A model generated the notes under the pieces. The model worked only from the letters and a program-made list of their open reading frames with translations. It did no database searches and was not told the origin of the DNA. Source: Alphaproteobacteria bacterium (GTDB lineage Bacteria; Pseudomonadota; Alphaproteobacteria; GCA-2731375). Taken from it: a stretch of DNA of 64,000 nucleotides. The translations under genes were made by a program, and so were the position numbers. Of the stretch, positions 10,403 through 19,821 are shown one piece after another. Each line of letters starts with the position of its first letter. Position 1 is the first letter of the stretch. The DNA is taken from positions 17,086 to 81,085 of the forward strand of contig JASMDX010000075.1 of NCBI GenBank assembly GCA_030752605.1, in the 5' to 3' direction.

Positions 10403-11633
10403 CAGGATTACCCGATAAACGCTCCAACGGCTGGTCGCTGATCGGCCAGTGCAGCGCGGCGGCGGCCAAGCCAAGGGCCACCGAGATGCCCCACATCAGG
10501 TTGTAGGAACCGGTGGCGTCATAAATCAGCCCGCCTAGCCAGGCGCCCGAGAATCCGCCAATCTGATGGCTCATGAAGACCACGCCAAACAGCATGGAAA
10601 AATGCCGTGTGCCAAACACTTGTGCGACGATGCCGGAGGTCAAGGGCACGGTGGCCAGCCAGACCAGTCCCATGCAGGCGCCAAAAATGACCGCCGTGGC
10701 ATCGTTGATTGGTATTAACAGAAACGCCGTCATGATAACGGCACGCAGCAGATAAATCAGCGTCAGGATATTCTTCTTGCGAAAGCGGTCACCGGCGGCG
10801 CCGAAAGCAAAGGCGCCGATAATATTGCACAGACCGATGATCCCCATGGCATAGGCGGCGGCGGTGGTTGAGATGCCATTGTCCGCCAGAAAGGCCGGAA
10901 AATGTGTGGAGATAAAGGTGACGTGGAAACCACAAACAAAAAAGCCGGTGGCTAGTAGAATATAACCCCTGTTCGTCCGCGCCTCGCGGATAGCCTCGCG
11001 CAGGGATTGCGCAGGGCCTTGGCCGCCGCCCAGCGTATTAACTCGTAGCCCGATTGCCAGGAAGGATATCAGGGCAACGAAAATGGCGCATAGTACAAGC
11101 GTCTTGCGCCAGCCAAAAATATCGATCAAACCTTGCACACCCGGTACGAAGAAGAACATGCCGAGCGAGCCCGCTGCGATCACCGCCCCGAACACCACGC
11201 CCCGGCGTTCGTTCGGCACCACCTTACTCAAGGCACCAAGCACGATGACTTGGCTTGCCCCGCTCAGGCCCAGGCCAATCAGAAGGCCAATTGAAATGTA
11301 GAGATCAAAGGCGTTGGAGGCGACGGACGTCCACCACAGGCCCAGGGCGTAGAACAAAGTCCCTGCGACGATAACCTTCACCGCGCCATAGCGGTCGGCG
11401 ATCATGCCTGCGATAGGTTGGGTCAGGCCATAAAGCAGGGTTTGCCCAGCGATAACGAGCCCGAATAACTGTCGCCCAGTATCCAGATCCATCGAGATCG
11501 GGCGCAGAAAGACGCCGAAGGTCAAGCGTAGGCCGTTGCTGGCCAACATGATCAGGATGCCGCAAAGCAACATGATCCATAGCCGCCGTGTCATAACTCT
11601 ATTCCTTCGACCCGCGACCGGCGCAAAACACAT
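10392..11633 (-). CDS. MFS transporter
   Basis: 413 aa, 12 TM. MFS-like motifs (…GMIADRYG…). Confidence 0.7.
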   Translation of the reverse strand: MCFAPVAGRRNRVMTRRLWIMLLCGILIMLASNGLRLTFGVFLRPISMDLDTGRQLFGLVIAGQTLLYGLTQPIAGMIADRYGAVKVIVAGTLFYALGLWWTSVASNAFDLYISIGLLIGLGLSGASQVIVLGALSKVVPNERRGVVFGAVIAAGSLGMFFFVPGVQGLIDIFGWRKTLVLCAIFVALISFLAIGLRVNTLGGGQGPAQSLREAIREARTNRGYILLATGFFVCGFHVTFISTHFPAFLADNGISTTAAAYAMGIIGLCNIIGAFAFGAAGDRFRKKNILTLIYLLRAVIMTAFLLIPINDATAVIFGACMGLVWLATVPLTSGIVAQVFGTRHFSMLFGVVFMSHQIGGFSGAWLGGLIYDATGSYNLMWGISVALGLAAAALHWPISDQPLERLSGNPVKA

Positions 11634-11757
11634 AGCTATTCACTGAGCGGCCGAAAGCTTAATTGATTGGCGATTTCCATGGCGTTGCTACTGCCTCGCC
11701 GTGGTTCAGCTACAGCATATAGCGCCGCATGACAATCTTCTTGCATGGGCTTCTCAC

Positions 11758-12471
11758 TCAGGCACCTAAACCCAACTGCTGGGCCAGATCGGGAAAATCA
11801 TTGGCGATGATGTCGTGATGGCTATTGGGTACCGGATCAGGCGGGCCGGCGGCGCCCCATTCGTCAGGGCGTCGCACGAAGCCGGACTTGAAGCCGGCAT
11901 CGCGGGCTGCGTTCAAATCGAAATTGTGACAGGCAACCATCATGATTTCAGCTGGTTCTAACGCTAACCATTTCGCGGCGCGTTCATAGGCGCCGGGCAG
12001 GATCTTGTATTGCCCGATCATTTCGCAGGAGATCACCGCATCCCAGGACAGGCCGTTGCGCTTGGCTGTGTCCACGATCAGGGACACGCTCAGAATGGTG
12101 AAAGAGGCGACGATGTATTTCTCCCGCATCTTGGCCAAGGCGGCGGGGAAATCGGGCCAGCAGTCCAGTTGGTGCCAGCGATACCAAATCGCCTCACGCT
12201 CGACCTCGGTGAAGGCGCCAAGATCATGTTTCTCGATCATCTTGGCTAGTTGCTGGCGATGCACATCGTCGATGTTGAATGTGGCCGGCGCCCCCGCGCC
12301 GGTGTTAACCATTGCCTTGAGGGATGCCGCGCGGTAGTCGTTGGCGATGGTGGCCCAATCCCGCTCCAGCTCGTGGCGGGCACCAGCCTCGGCCAGTATG
12401 GTGGAAATCCCCTTGTGCCAATCCAGAATAGTGCCGCCCGTGTCGAATGTTAGCGCCTTGATGCCATGCAT
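11758..12471 (-). CDS. HAD-superfamily hydrolase (haloacid dehalogenase type II-like)
   Basis: MHGIKALTFDTGGTILDW (motif I Asp nucleophile) …SFTILS… …CHNFDLNAARDAGF (motif IV). GAGGAAA RBS. Confidence 0.7.
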   Translation of the reverse strand: MHGIKALTFDTGGTILDWHKGISTILAEAGARHELERDWATIANDYRAASLKAMVNTGAGAPATFNIDDVHRQQLAKMIEKHDLGAFTEVEREAIWYRWHQLDCWPDFPAALAKMREKYIVASFTILSVSLIVDTAKRNGLSWDAVISCEMIGQYKILPGAYERAAKWLALEPAEIMMVACHNFDLNAARDAGFKSGFVRRPDEWGAAGPPDPVPNSHHDIIANDFPDLAQQLGLGA

Positions 12472-12481
12472 TTGGGTTTCC

Positions 12482-13627
12482 TCAGTCAAAGGGCCGCAAC
12501 AGATCACGGCTGATCACCACGTTCTGAATTTCCGTGCTGCCGTCGATGTATTGCGCCATCTTTGCGCAGGCCAGATGGCGGGCCAGCGGGAAGTCGTGCT
12601 TGTAGCCATCAGCGCCCATGGCCTGCATGCATTGGGCGATGCCAGCAAGGGCTGCACGGGTGGCGAATTTCTTGGCGTGTGCCGCCGGGATCGCTGCCGG
12701 CTGCCCGGCGTCAATAGCAGCCAGCGCCGCATAGGCCATCAGGTGCGAGGCATGCAGATCTGTAGCCACGTCGGCCAGCTGCCATTGCACGCCCTGGAAG
12801 TCCAGGATCCGCTGGCCGAAGGCGCGGCGTTCGGCAGCATAGGCCAGGGCCACCTCCAGGCTGTTGGCCATCATGCCGCTACACATGGCGGCGACATTGG
12901 CGCGGGCCAGATCAATCCCGGCCATGGCGCCCTTGAAGCCGTCGCCAGGGGCATACAGCATCGTATCATCAGACACCCTGCAGTTTTCAAAGCGGAAGCC
13001 GCCGGTGCCCATCACATGTGCGCCCATGGTTGAATACGGTGTTTCGCGGATCACGCCGGGCAGGTGCGCCTCGACCATGAATGTGGCGATGCCGCGCCAG
13101 CCCCTTGAAGCATCAGTCTGGGCATAGACGCTCAGCAGATCTGCCGTGGCCGCCGAAGTTATCCAGGCCTTGGCGCCGTTCAGGATCCAGCCATCGCCGT
13201 CCTTGCGCGCCGTGGTCGTCACATTGGCCGCGTCCGAGCCGCTTTGGGGTTCTGTCAACAAAAAGGCGCCCAGGCATTCGCCGGACAGCATATCGGGCAA
13301 ATAGCGTTGCCTCTGCGCATCCGTGCCGCCGTCCGCGATGGCATTCATGAAATTGTTGTGTACGATCATTACGAAGGCATAGCCCATGTCGGCCATGGAC
13401 AATTGCTCCATTGCCCGCGCCATGCCGGCCTTTGACATGCCCTGGCCGCCCAGGCTCTCATCCAGCAGCATGCCGGTCAGGCCGGCTTTGGCGGCGGGGC
13501 GAATGCCATTGTCAGGCATGGTGCGTTCCAGTTCCCACCGGGCTGCGTTGGGGGTGATGGTGTTTGCGGCGAAATCAGCCGCCGCCGCGATCATCCGTTG
13601 TTCCGAAGGGCTAAGCGCGCTATCCAT
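12482..13627 (-). CDS. acyl-CoA dehydrogenase
   Basis: A 381-aa core starts at MDSALSPSEQRMIAAAADFA… with a GGAG RBS. ACAD fold motifs (…GSDAANVTTTA…, …YIDGSTEIQNVVISR). The 563-aa ORF-track call is an N-terminal over-extension. Confidence 0.8.
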   Translation of the reverse strand: MDSALSPSEQRMIAAAADFAANTITPNAARWELERTMPDNGIRPAAKAGLTGMLLDESLGGQGMSKAGMARAMEQLSMADMGYAFVMIVHNNFMNAIADGGTDAQRQRYLPDMLSGECLGAFLLTEPQSGSDAANVTTTARKDGDGWILNGAKAWITSAATADLLSVYAQTDASRGWRGIATFMVEAHLPGVIRETPYSTMGAHVMGTGGFRFENCRVSDDTMLYAPGDGFKGAMAGIDLARANVAAMCSGMMANSLEVALAYAAERRAFGQRILDFQGVQWQLADVATDLHASHLMAYAALAAIDAGQPAAIPAAHAKKFATRAALAGIAQCMQAMGADGYKHDFPLARHLACAKMAQYIDGSTEIQNVVISRDLLRPFD

Positions 13628-13672
13628 GGCGTACTCCACTGTGCTGCCAGAAAAGAGGGATAGACTAGCATC

Positions 13673-14347
13673 ATGCTTCTTGCCATTGAAGGCATTGACG
13701 GCGCCGGCAAGGGAACCCTGTGCCGCGAATTGCTGGCCCGCGCCGAGGCAGCGGGAATCAGTGCCGCCGCGCTGTCCTTTCCGCGTTACGAGCAGACCCA
13801 ATTTTCCGATCTGATCGGGCGCTATCTGCGTGGCGAAATGGGCGAGATCGACCAGGTGCCCGTTCGCTATACTGCCCTGCTGTATGGTGGTGACCGTTTT
13901 GAAAGCCGTGGTCAGCTGTTGGAATTGATCGCGGCCCACGATTTGGTGATCCTGGACCGCTATGTTGCCTCCAATATCGCCTATAACGCGGCTAAGGTCC
14001 CCGAGAATGAGCGCGTCGGTTTGATCTCTTGGATTGAGCAGTTGGAATTCGATCTGTTTGCGCTGCCGCGGCCAGACCTCACCCTGCTGCTGGCGACCTC
14101 CACCGTCTTGGCGGATCGCCTGATCGGCCAGAAAGCCGCCCGCAGCTATACCGAAGAGACCCGTGACCTGCACGAAGCCGACCGCGACTTCCTCTCCATC
14201 GTGGCGGATGTCTATGGCGGCTTAGCTGCAGCGGGCGGTGATCGCTGGCTTCGTGTCGAACCCTTGGCCGCTGATGGCACGCTGCGACCACCGGCCGACA
14301 TCGCGGCCACGGTCTGGCAACATCCCGGCCTTGCGGCGTTAGGGTAG
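13673..14347 (+). CDS. tmk: thymidylate kinase-like P-loop kinase (actinobacterial-type Tmk)
   Basis: MLLAIEGIDGAGKGT P-loop. …LDRYVASNIAYNAA… DRY/lid region. Colinear with mycobacterial TMPK rather than the usual proteobacterial Tmk. Confidence 0.65.
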   Translation: MLLAIEGIDGAGKGTLCRELLARAEAAGISAAALSFPRYEQTQFSDLIGRYLRGEMGEIDQVPVRYTALLYGGDRFESRGQLLELIAAHDLVILDRYVASNIAYNAAKVPENERVGLISWIEQLEFDLFALPRPDLTLLLATSTVLADRLIGQKAARSYTEETRDLHEADRDFLSIVADVYGGLAAAGGDRWLRVEPLAADGTLRPPADIAATVWQHPGLAALG

Positions 14348-14683
14348 GTCCAGGTTCACGATCACGGCGGCGGAGGCAATCACGGCCATGTCACCGACGG
14401 CTTCATCGGGTACATCCAGGCCACCCTTGACCACATTCACTGTCACCGCGCCGTAGGGCAGGGCGGCTTGCACCGCCTTTTGGTCGACTTCATCAGGTTG
14501 CTGTACGCCGATGGTGACGTCCACGAACATGGCGGTCTTGGGATCGACGCCAAGGGTGTGGAGCATGCTGAGAGAGGAATGATGCAAGGCATCATCCACG
14601 GCGCGCAGGGCGGCCTTGGTATAGTTGCCGCCGTGTAGGTCATTGCCGGCACCCATTTCCAATATAACGCGTCTTTTGCTCAT
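14339..14683 (-). CDS. Lin0512-family conserved protein (unknown function), paralog 1
   Basis: 114 aa. …EMGAGNDLHGGNYTKAA… carries the invariant GxGxDxHG family motif. Confidence 0.6.
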   Translation of the reverse strand: MSKRRVILEMGAGNDLHGGNYTKAALRAVDDALHHSSLSMLHTLGVDPKTAMFVDVTIGVQQPDEVDQKAVQAALPYGAVTVNVVKGGLDVPDEAVGDMAVIASAAVIVNLDLP

Positions 14684-14695
14684 GTTGATACTCCT

Positions 14696-15037
14696 CTACA
14701 CCACATCCAGGTACACTACGGCAGCGGCATGGGCCAATAGAGTGGCATCCGTGCCTTCCATATTGGGAATTTTCAGCCCTCCCTCGACCACGTCAACCGT
14801 GCCAGTACCATGGGGCAAAACAGCCTGTACCGCCGCTTTATCCACCTGCTCCGGATCGGGCACGCCGATGGTGACGGCCACTTGCATGGAATCCACATCC
14901 AGATCCAGCGCTTTCGCCACGGTCAGTGAGTTATGCCAGAGCGCGTCCCTAAGCGCGCGCACAGCTGCCTTGGTCGGATCCGTGCCGCGAATATCGGTAC
15001 CCATGCCAATTTCCAGCACCATGCGCTTCATCGCCAT
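14696..15037 (-). CDS. Lin0512-family conserved protein, paralog 2 (GxGxDxRG variant)
   Basis: ~113 aa, colinear with paralog 1 (MKRMVLEIGMGTDIRGTDPTKAAVRAL… vs MSKRRVILEMGAGNDLHGGNYTKAALRAV…). 12-bp spacer between the two genes. Confidence 0.6.
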   Translation of the reverse strand: MAMKRMVLEIGMGTDIRGTDPTKAAVRALRDALWHNSLTVAKALDLDVDSMQVAVTIGVPDPEQVDKAAVQAVLPHGTGTVDVVEGGLKIPNMEGTDATLLAHAAAVVYLDVV

Positions 15038-15127
15038 ATTGCAATCTCTCCATTTCCACAATTCCATGAAGTGTAGATCAGATATACTAGGTTGTCCGAT
15101 AAACTCTGAATTGGTCTATGATGGTGC

Positions 15128-15940
15128 ATGGCAGATCTGCGAATTTTTTCATACATGCCCAATCCGCGCATTTGGAAGGCGACCATTGCCGCGCGCCTTT
15201 GCGGCGTGGAGCTGGACTTGCGTGGGGCCAAGCCAGGTCAACTGGCCGAATGGCTTTGGGATTTCGATGCCCATCCCCTGACCGAGGCGGACCGGCGAGC
15301 TGGCAGCCCGTTTGCCCGGCAGAGCCGTACCGGATTTTCCGGGCAGCTCTATAAGACCGACGCTTTCTTGGCGGCGCACCCCTTTGGCACGGTGCCGGCG
15401 GCTTTCAGTCCCGATGGCGAGGTTGGTATATTCGAATCCAACAGCATCGCCCGCACGGTGGCGCGCCTGCGCCGCCACGGTCCCCAGCTATACGGCGATG
15501 ACGCCTATTCGGCGGCCCGCATAGACAGCTTTCTTGATGTCAGCTTGATCTTCGCCCGCGATGGGCAGAACTATCTTCTGGCCCTGAATGGCGGCGTCAT
15601 TGACGCGAATATACATTGCCAGGCCGCCAAGGCCTTTGAAATCTATCTGAGTGGCATGGAGGCGGCACTGTCATCCGAGCATGGTTATCTGGTCGGCGAT
15701 GATCTGACCCTGGCCGATATTGTTTTCGCGGCGGAACTATGTTCGTTCGCACGCGAGGCGGCGCATTTGGAGCGGCTAGCGGCGCGGAACTTGCCGGAAA
15801 TCTTCCATGGTGCCGTCGCCGACGATTATCCTGCCGCCCTGGATCATTTTGCAAGGCTGCGTGCCCACGAAGCGTTTGCTCCGGATATAGAGCCTTTCAT
15901 GGAGAAACTCGAAATGCGGCGGCGGACAGCCGAAAGTTAA
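15128..15940 (+). CDS. glutathione S-transferase family protein
   Basis: GST N-terminal thioredoxin-like fold (…RIFSYMPNPRIWKA…) and a C-terminal helical domain. 270 aa. Confidence 0.55.
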   Translation: MADLRIFSYMPNPRIWKATIAARLCGVELDLRGAKPGQLAEWLWDFDAHPLTEADRRAGSPFARQSRTGFSGQLYKTDAFLAAHPFGTVPAAFSPDGEVGIFESNSIARTVARLRRHGPQLYGDDAYSAARIDSFLDVSLIFARDGQNYLLALNGGVIDANIHCQAAKAFEIYLSGMEAALSSEHGYLVGDDLTLADIVFAAELCSFAREAAHLERLAARNLPEIFHGAVADDYPAALDHFARLRAHEAFAPDIEPFMEKLEMRRRTAES

Positions 15941-16215
15941 TGCCTTGATTGCGTTGGCGGCGCTTCGACGGCCAGCTCAATGTCGTCTTCGGCGCCCATG
16001 GCGCCTGTGGACGCGGCGGCAAGGATCTCTCCGGCGGTCGAGCCGGCTGAGGTCGCGGCATAGGCGGCGAATTCCAACAGGGTCAGCGCCATGCATTTCG
16101 GGCAGATATTTTCCTGAATCATAGCCGTCATAAGGTCGCCACCAACCGATTTGTCGATCAACTGACGGATTTCTTCCTCGCATTCGTCGGCATGTTTGAA
16201 ATCGTCGTCGTCCAT
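15937..16215 (-). CDS. hypothetical small acidic protein (CPKC motif)
   Basis: 92 aa. MDDDDFKHADECEEEIRQLIDK…ICPKCMALTLLEF…, an acidic N-terminus and Ala-rich C-terminus. No family recognised. Lies downstream of ubiD on the same strand. Confidence 0.35.
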   Translation of the reverse strand: MDDDDFKHADECEEEIRQLIDKSVGGDLMTAMIQENICPKCMALTLLEFAAYAATSAGSTAGEILAAASTGAMGAEDDIELAVEAPPTQSRH

Positions 16216-16333
16216 GATAGCCCAATCCAGCCTGATTTGGTCTCAGCCACCCCGAAGCATAGCAGACAAGCGGGCCCAAAAATATCTAGAACTGAACCAG
16301 TATTGTGGCGCTATTGTGCTATTCGGCAGGTCT

Positions 16334-17848
16334 TTACCGCCAGATTGGCCGTCCCGATCCAGGCAGGCCGTAGTCGGCCCATTTTTCGCTAACGTCGGCG
16401 ATCACTTCGTCGCTCATGCGTAGCCGTTTGCCCCAGGTCCGCTTGGTCTCGGGAGGTATCTTGACGGTGGCGTCGAGGCCGAGTTTGCCGCCCAAGCCCA
16501 CCTCGGGCGAGGCAAAATCGAGATAATCGATGGGCGTGTCTTCAATTACCAGGCTATCGCGGCCCGGATCCATGCGGGTGGCGACGGCCCACATCACATC
16601 TTTCCAGTTGCGCGCGTCAATATCATCGTCGACCACGATGGCCAGCTTGGTGTAGGTGAATTGGCGCAGGTACGACCAGACTGCCATCATGATGCGCCGG
16701 GCATGTCCGGGGTAGGCTTTGCGAATGGAGACAACCGCGATGCGGTAGGAACAGGCCTCCGGTGGCAGCCAAAAATCAACGATTTCAGGAAATTGTAGCT
16801 GCAGGATCGGGATATAGAGCTCGTTCAGGGCCATAGACATGACCGCCGGCTCGTCGGGCGGCGGTCCGGTGTAGGTGGAGAGGTAGGTCGGCTTCCTGCG
16901 CATGGTGACCGCGCTGAGGGTGAAGACCGGGAACGACGCCACCGCGTTCAGGTGCCCAGTATGGTCCCCATAGGGTCCTTCGTCGCCGAATTCTTCATGC
17001 GAGACATGGCCTTCCAGGACGATCTCGGCTTCCGCCGGTACTTGCAACGGCACCGTCAGGCAATTCGCCATGCCGATCCGGCGGCCCCTTAAAAGACCAG
17101 CGAATTGATATTCCGACAAAGTATCAGGCAGCGGCGTTACCCCTGCGAGCATTGTGCAGGGATCCGCCCCGATGGCTGCGGCCACCGGCATCGGCTTGCC
17201 GTGAGCCTCGACCCAGCGGCGGTAATGCTGTGCCCCGCCCCGATGTGACATCCAGCGCATCAATACCTTGTTGCGGTCGATCACTTGCATTCGGTAGATG
17301 CCGATATTGTATTGATCCTCGGCGCTCTTGCCCGGTCCCTTGGTGATTATCATGGGCCAGATAATCAATGGCGCGGGCTCGCCCGGCCAGCAACGCGGGA
17401 TAGGCAGCCGGGCCAGATCGATCTCGCTACCGCGCCAGGTAATCTCCTGGCAGGGTGGTATCTTGCGCCGCGTTTTTTTTGGGGTCATCGCCCCGACCCG
17501 TTTTAGCAGCGGCATGGCGTCCGCTATGTCTTTCAGATTAGCCGGTGGCGAAGGTTGATGCAGGGCGGCCAGCATTTCACCGACCTGGCGCAATTCATCG
17601 GCCTTGCGCCCCATTGCCATGGCGACGCGGTCGACCGTGCCGAATAGATTGACCAGCACCGGCGTATCGTAGGTCTGGCCGTCCGGGCCGATGGGATTTT
17701 CAAATAGTGCCGCCGGTCCGCCTTCGGCCAGCAGGCGGGTCTGGATTTCGGTCATTTCCAGGGATGTCGAGACCGGCGTCTTGATCCGCACCAACTGTTT
17801 TTCTTTTTCCAGCCGGTCGATAAATTTGCCGAGGGTAAGGTCGATCAT
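16334..17848 (-). CDS. ubiD: UbiD-family decarboxylase (4-hydroxy-3-polyprenylbenzoate decarboxylase)
   Basis: 504 aa from MIDLTLGKFIDRLEKEKQLVRIKTPVS…, colinear with UbiD. AAGGCGGAG RBS. 10 bp downstream of ubiV. Confidence 0.8.
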   Translation of the reverse strand: MIDLTLGKFIDRLEKEKQLVRIKTPVSTSLEMTEIQTRLLAEGGPAALFENPIGPDGQTYDTPVLVNLFGTVDRVAMAMGRKADELRQVGEMLAALHQPSPPANLKDIADAMPLLKRVGAMTPKKTRRKIPPCQEITWRGSEIDLARLPIPRCWPGEPAPLIIWPMIITKGPGKSAEDQYNIGIYRMQVIDRNKVLMRWMSHRGGAQHYRRWVEAHGKPMPVAAAIGADPCTMLAGVTPLPDTLSEYQFAGLLRGRRIGMANCLTVPLQVPAEAEIVLEGHVSHEEFGDEGPYGDHTGHLNAVASFPVFTLSAVTMRRKPTYLSTYTGPPPDEPAVMSMALNELYIPILQLQFPEIVDFWLPPEACSYRIAVVSIRKAYPGHARRIMMAVWSYLRQFTYTKLAIVVDDDIDARNWKDVMWAVATRMDPGRDSLVIEDTPIDYLDFASPEVGLGGKLGLDATVKIPPETKRTWGKRLRMSDEVIADVSEKWADYGLPGSGRPIWR

Positions 17849-17858
17849 CGCTCCGCCT

Positions 17859-18794
17859 TTACTCAGCCGCCGCTTCGACCCAAAGCCGGCCTTCTTGGCC
17901 ATGCAGGTAGCCATTGGCCAAGGGTACATCGCCGATGATCTCGTCCAGACGCGCCTCCGCTTCCTCCACCGCCATTGCATCGTCGAGTGCGCTGCGGAAC
18001 AGCGCGGCGACCTGCACCATGTCACAACTGTGCGGCCATAGCCGGAAGCTGTCGATCCCGGCGGCTTTCAACGCGGGCAGTTCAGCCAGCAGGCTGCAAT
18101 AGGTGTCGGACAGGGTCTGCGTGCCATTGATGGCCAGGAAAGGCTCGTCATCCAGGGTCTCGATGGTCAGGCCGTCGGGATCATTACCGCAAACGAATTG
18201 GCAGCCGTCCTTGTGCAGATCATGGGCCCGCGCGTGATAGCAGCGGGCCGAAATCGCCAGGGGCAGCCGGCCAAAAACCTGCACCTCCAGCGATACATCC
18301 TTGACGGCTTTGGTTTGGCCCAGGGCTTCGAGGGTGTCGAGCGAAAGCTCCGCCGGTAGCGAGATCCGATAGGCACCGCGCTTGGCCAGGTAGTTGATGG
18401 TGCCTCCGTTGTAGGCATTGACGAAAGGTCCGATAACGTGGCGCCGCCCGGCCAGCAGTGATGCGGTGGAAATATCATTGGCCTCGAAGGTCAGATCCGC
18501 GTCGACGGTGGTCTGTTTGATCTCATCCATCTCCTCCGCCGTCATGATCAACGCCAGGGTCGAGAGCACGACATCCTTGCCGGCCTTTTTCAGGCGCTCA
18601 TGCACCGCCGCGATATGCGGCAGGATAAATGGCCGCCGTTTGGCGCAAACAACCTCGCCCAGATAGACCGTTTCGATGTCCGCTTCGTCGGCGATGCGGA
18701 AATAGAAATCCCGCCAGCGTTCCGCATCCCAATGAAACAGCGTTGGTCCCAATGCCAGGCTGGTGGTTGATTTGGCCGCTTTCCGGTTTGTCAT
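17859..18794 (-). CDS. ubiV: U32-family peptidase-like protein UbiV
   Basis: …LALGPTLFHWDAERWRDFY…VYLGEVVCAKRR…VVLSTLALI… matches YhbV/UbiV. 4-nt ATGA overlap with ubiU. Confidence 0.8.
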   Translation of the reverse strand: MTNRKAAKSTTSLALGPTLFHWDAERWRDFYFRIADEADIETVYLGEVVCAKRRPFILPHIAAVHERLKKAGKDVVLSTLALIMTAEEMDEIKQTTVDADLTFEANDISTASLLAGRRHVIGPFVNAYNGGTINYLAKRGAYRISLPAELSLDTLEALGQTKAVKDVSLEVQVFGRLPLAISARCYHARAHDLHKDGCQFVCGNDPDGLTIETLDDEPFLAINGTQTLSDTYCSLLAELPALKAAGIDSFRLWPHSCDMVQVAALFRSALDDAMAVEEAEARLDEIIGDVPLANGYLHGQEGRLWVEAAAE

Positions 18795-19819
18795 CGCCAG
18801 GCCCTCCGATAGGCGCCGGAGGTTTCGCGCTGGCCCTCGGTCACATCCGCCAACTGGGGCATCTCGGGGATCGGCTCGCCCCGGCGGCAGGCGTCGATGG
18901 CGGCGCGGAAGGCCGCGACCACTTGTGCCGTGTAGGCGCGGCCGCGCTGCCGGCCCTCGATCTTCAAGGCGGAAACGCCGGCGGCCATCAACTCCGGCAA
19001 CAAGGGCAGGACGTTGAGGGAGGTCGGTGCCTCGAACAGGTACGAGGCGCGGCCGTCAGCCACGAAACGGCCCTTGCACAGGGTGGGATAACCGGCGGCG
19101 TCGCTTTGCTGAAAGATGTTGATGGTGAAATCGCCCAGTCGCGAGACCATCTCGGAGCCACGCTCCTCATAGCGGACATGGCTGGCGGGCGAACACACCC
19201 CGGTGATATTGGGTGACTTGCCGGTAACGTAGGACGACAGCAGGCACCGCCCCTCGGCCATGGGGCACATGCCGCCAAAGGCGAAAACTTCCGTCTCCAC
19301 CGGGATCTGGCTGTTCAACTCGGCGATATCCTCCACCGTCAGAACCCTGGGCAGGACCACGCGGCGTACGCCGAATGCCTCGTGATAAAAGCGGATCGCC
19401 TCGGCGTTCGAGGCCGAGGCCTGCACGGATAGATGCAGGCGCAAATCCGGGTGCTGCCTGGCCGCGTAGTCGAGGATGCCAATATCGGCCAGGATAACCG
19501 CGTCAACGCCTAGGTCGGCGGCGCAATCGATGGCGCGGTGCCAGGCCTCGGGCGCACCGGCGCGGGGAAAGGTGTTGATGGCGACAAAGACCATGCAGTA
19601 GCGCGCGTGGGCATATTCCAGGCCGTCCGCCAGTTCTTCCGGGCTGAAATTTAGGCCGGGGAAATTGCGCGCGTTGGTTTCGTCACGAAAGCCGAGATAG
19701 ACCGCTTCCGCCCCGGCATCGACGGCGGCCCGCAACGCCGCCGGCGTGCCCGCCGGGCAGATTAGTTCCAGATCACCCAAAATGGTTTCGGGTTTGGCTT
19801 TGGCACCGGTTGTGGCCAT
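18791..19819 (-). CDS. ubiU: U32-family peptidase-like Fe-S protein UbiU
   Basis: …LELICPAGTPAALRAAVDAGAEAVYLGFRDETNARNFPGLNFSPEE… …VFAFGGMCPMAEGRCLLSSY…GVCSPASHV…LCKGRF (4-Cys cluster). Strongly colinear with E. coli YhbU/UbiU. Confidence 0.85.
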   Translation of the reverse strand: MATTGAKAKPETILGDLELICPAGTPAALRAAVDAGAEAVYLGFRDETNARNFPGLNFSPEELADGLEYAHARYCMVFVAINTFPRAGAPEAWHRAIDCAADLGVDAVILADIGILDYAARQHPDLRLHLSVQASASNAEAIRFYHEAFGVRRVVLPRVLTVEDIAELNSQIPVETEVFAFGGMCPMAEGRCLLSSYVTGKSPNITGVCSPASHVRYEERGSEMVSRLGDFTINIFQQSDAAGYPTLCKGRFVADGRASYLFEAPTSLNVLPLLPELMAAGVSALKIEGRQRGRAYTAQVVAAFRAAIDACRRGEPIPEMPQLADVTEGQRETSGAYRRAWR

Positions 19820-19821
19820 GT

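Noticed and set aside
12482-14173. 563-aa version of the ACAD ORF and 183-aa version of the DUF3225 ORF (27363-27914)
   Set aside because: Both are N-terminal over-extensions by the longest-ORF rule. Family-length cores begin at internal starts with proper RBS/coupling (13627 ATG; 27767 GTG overlapping the amidase stop). The extensions run into or through neighbouring genes.
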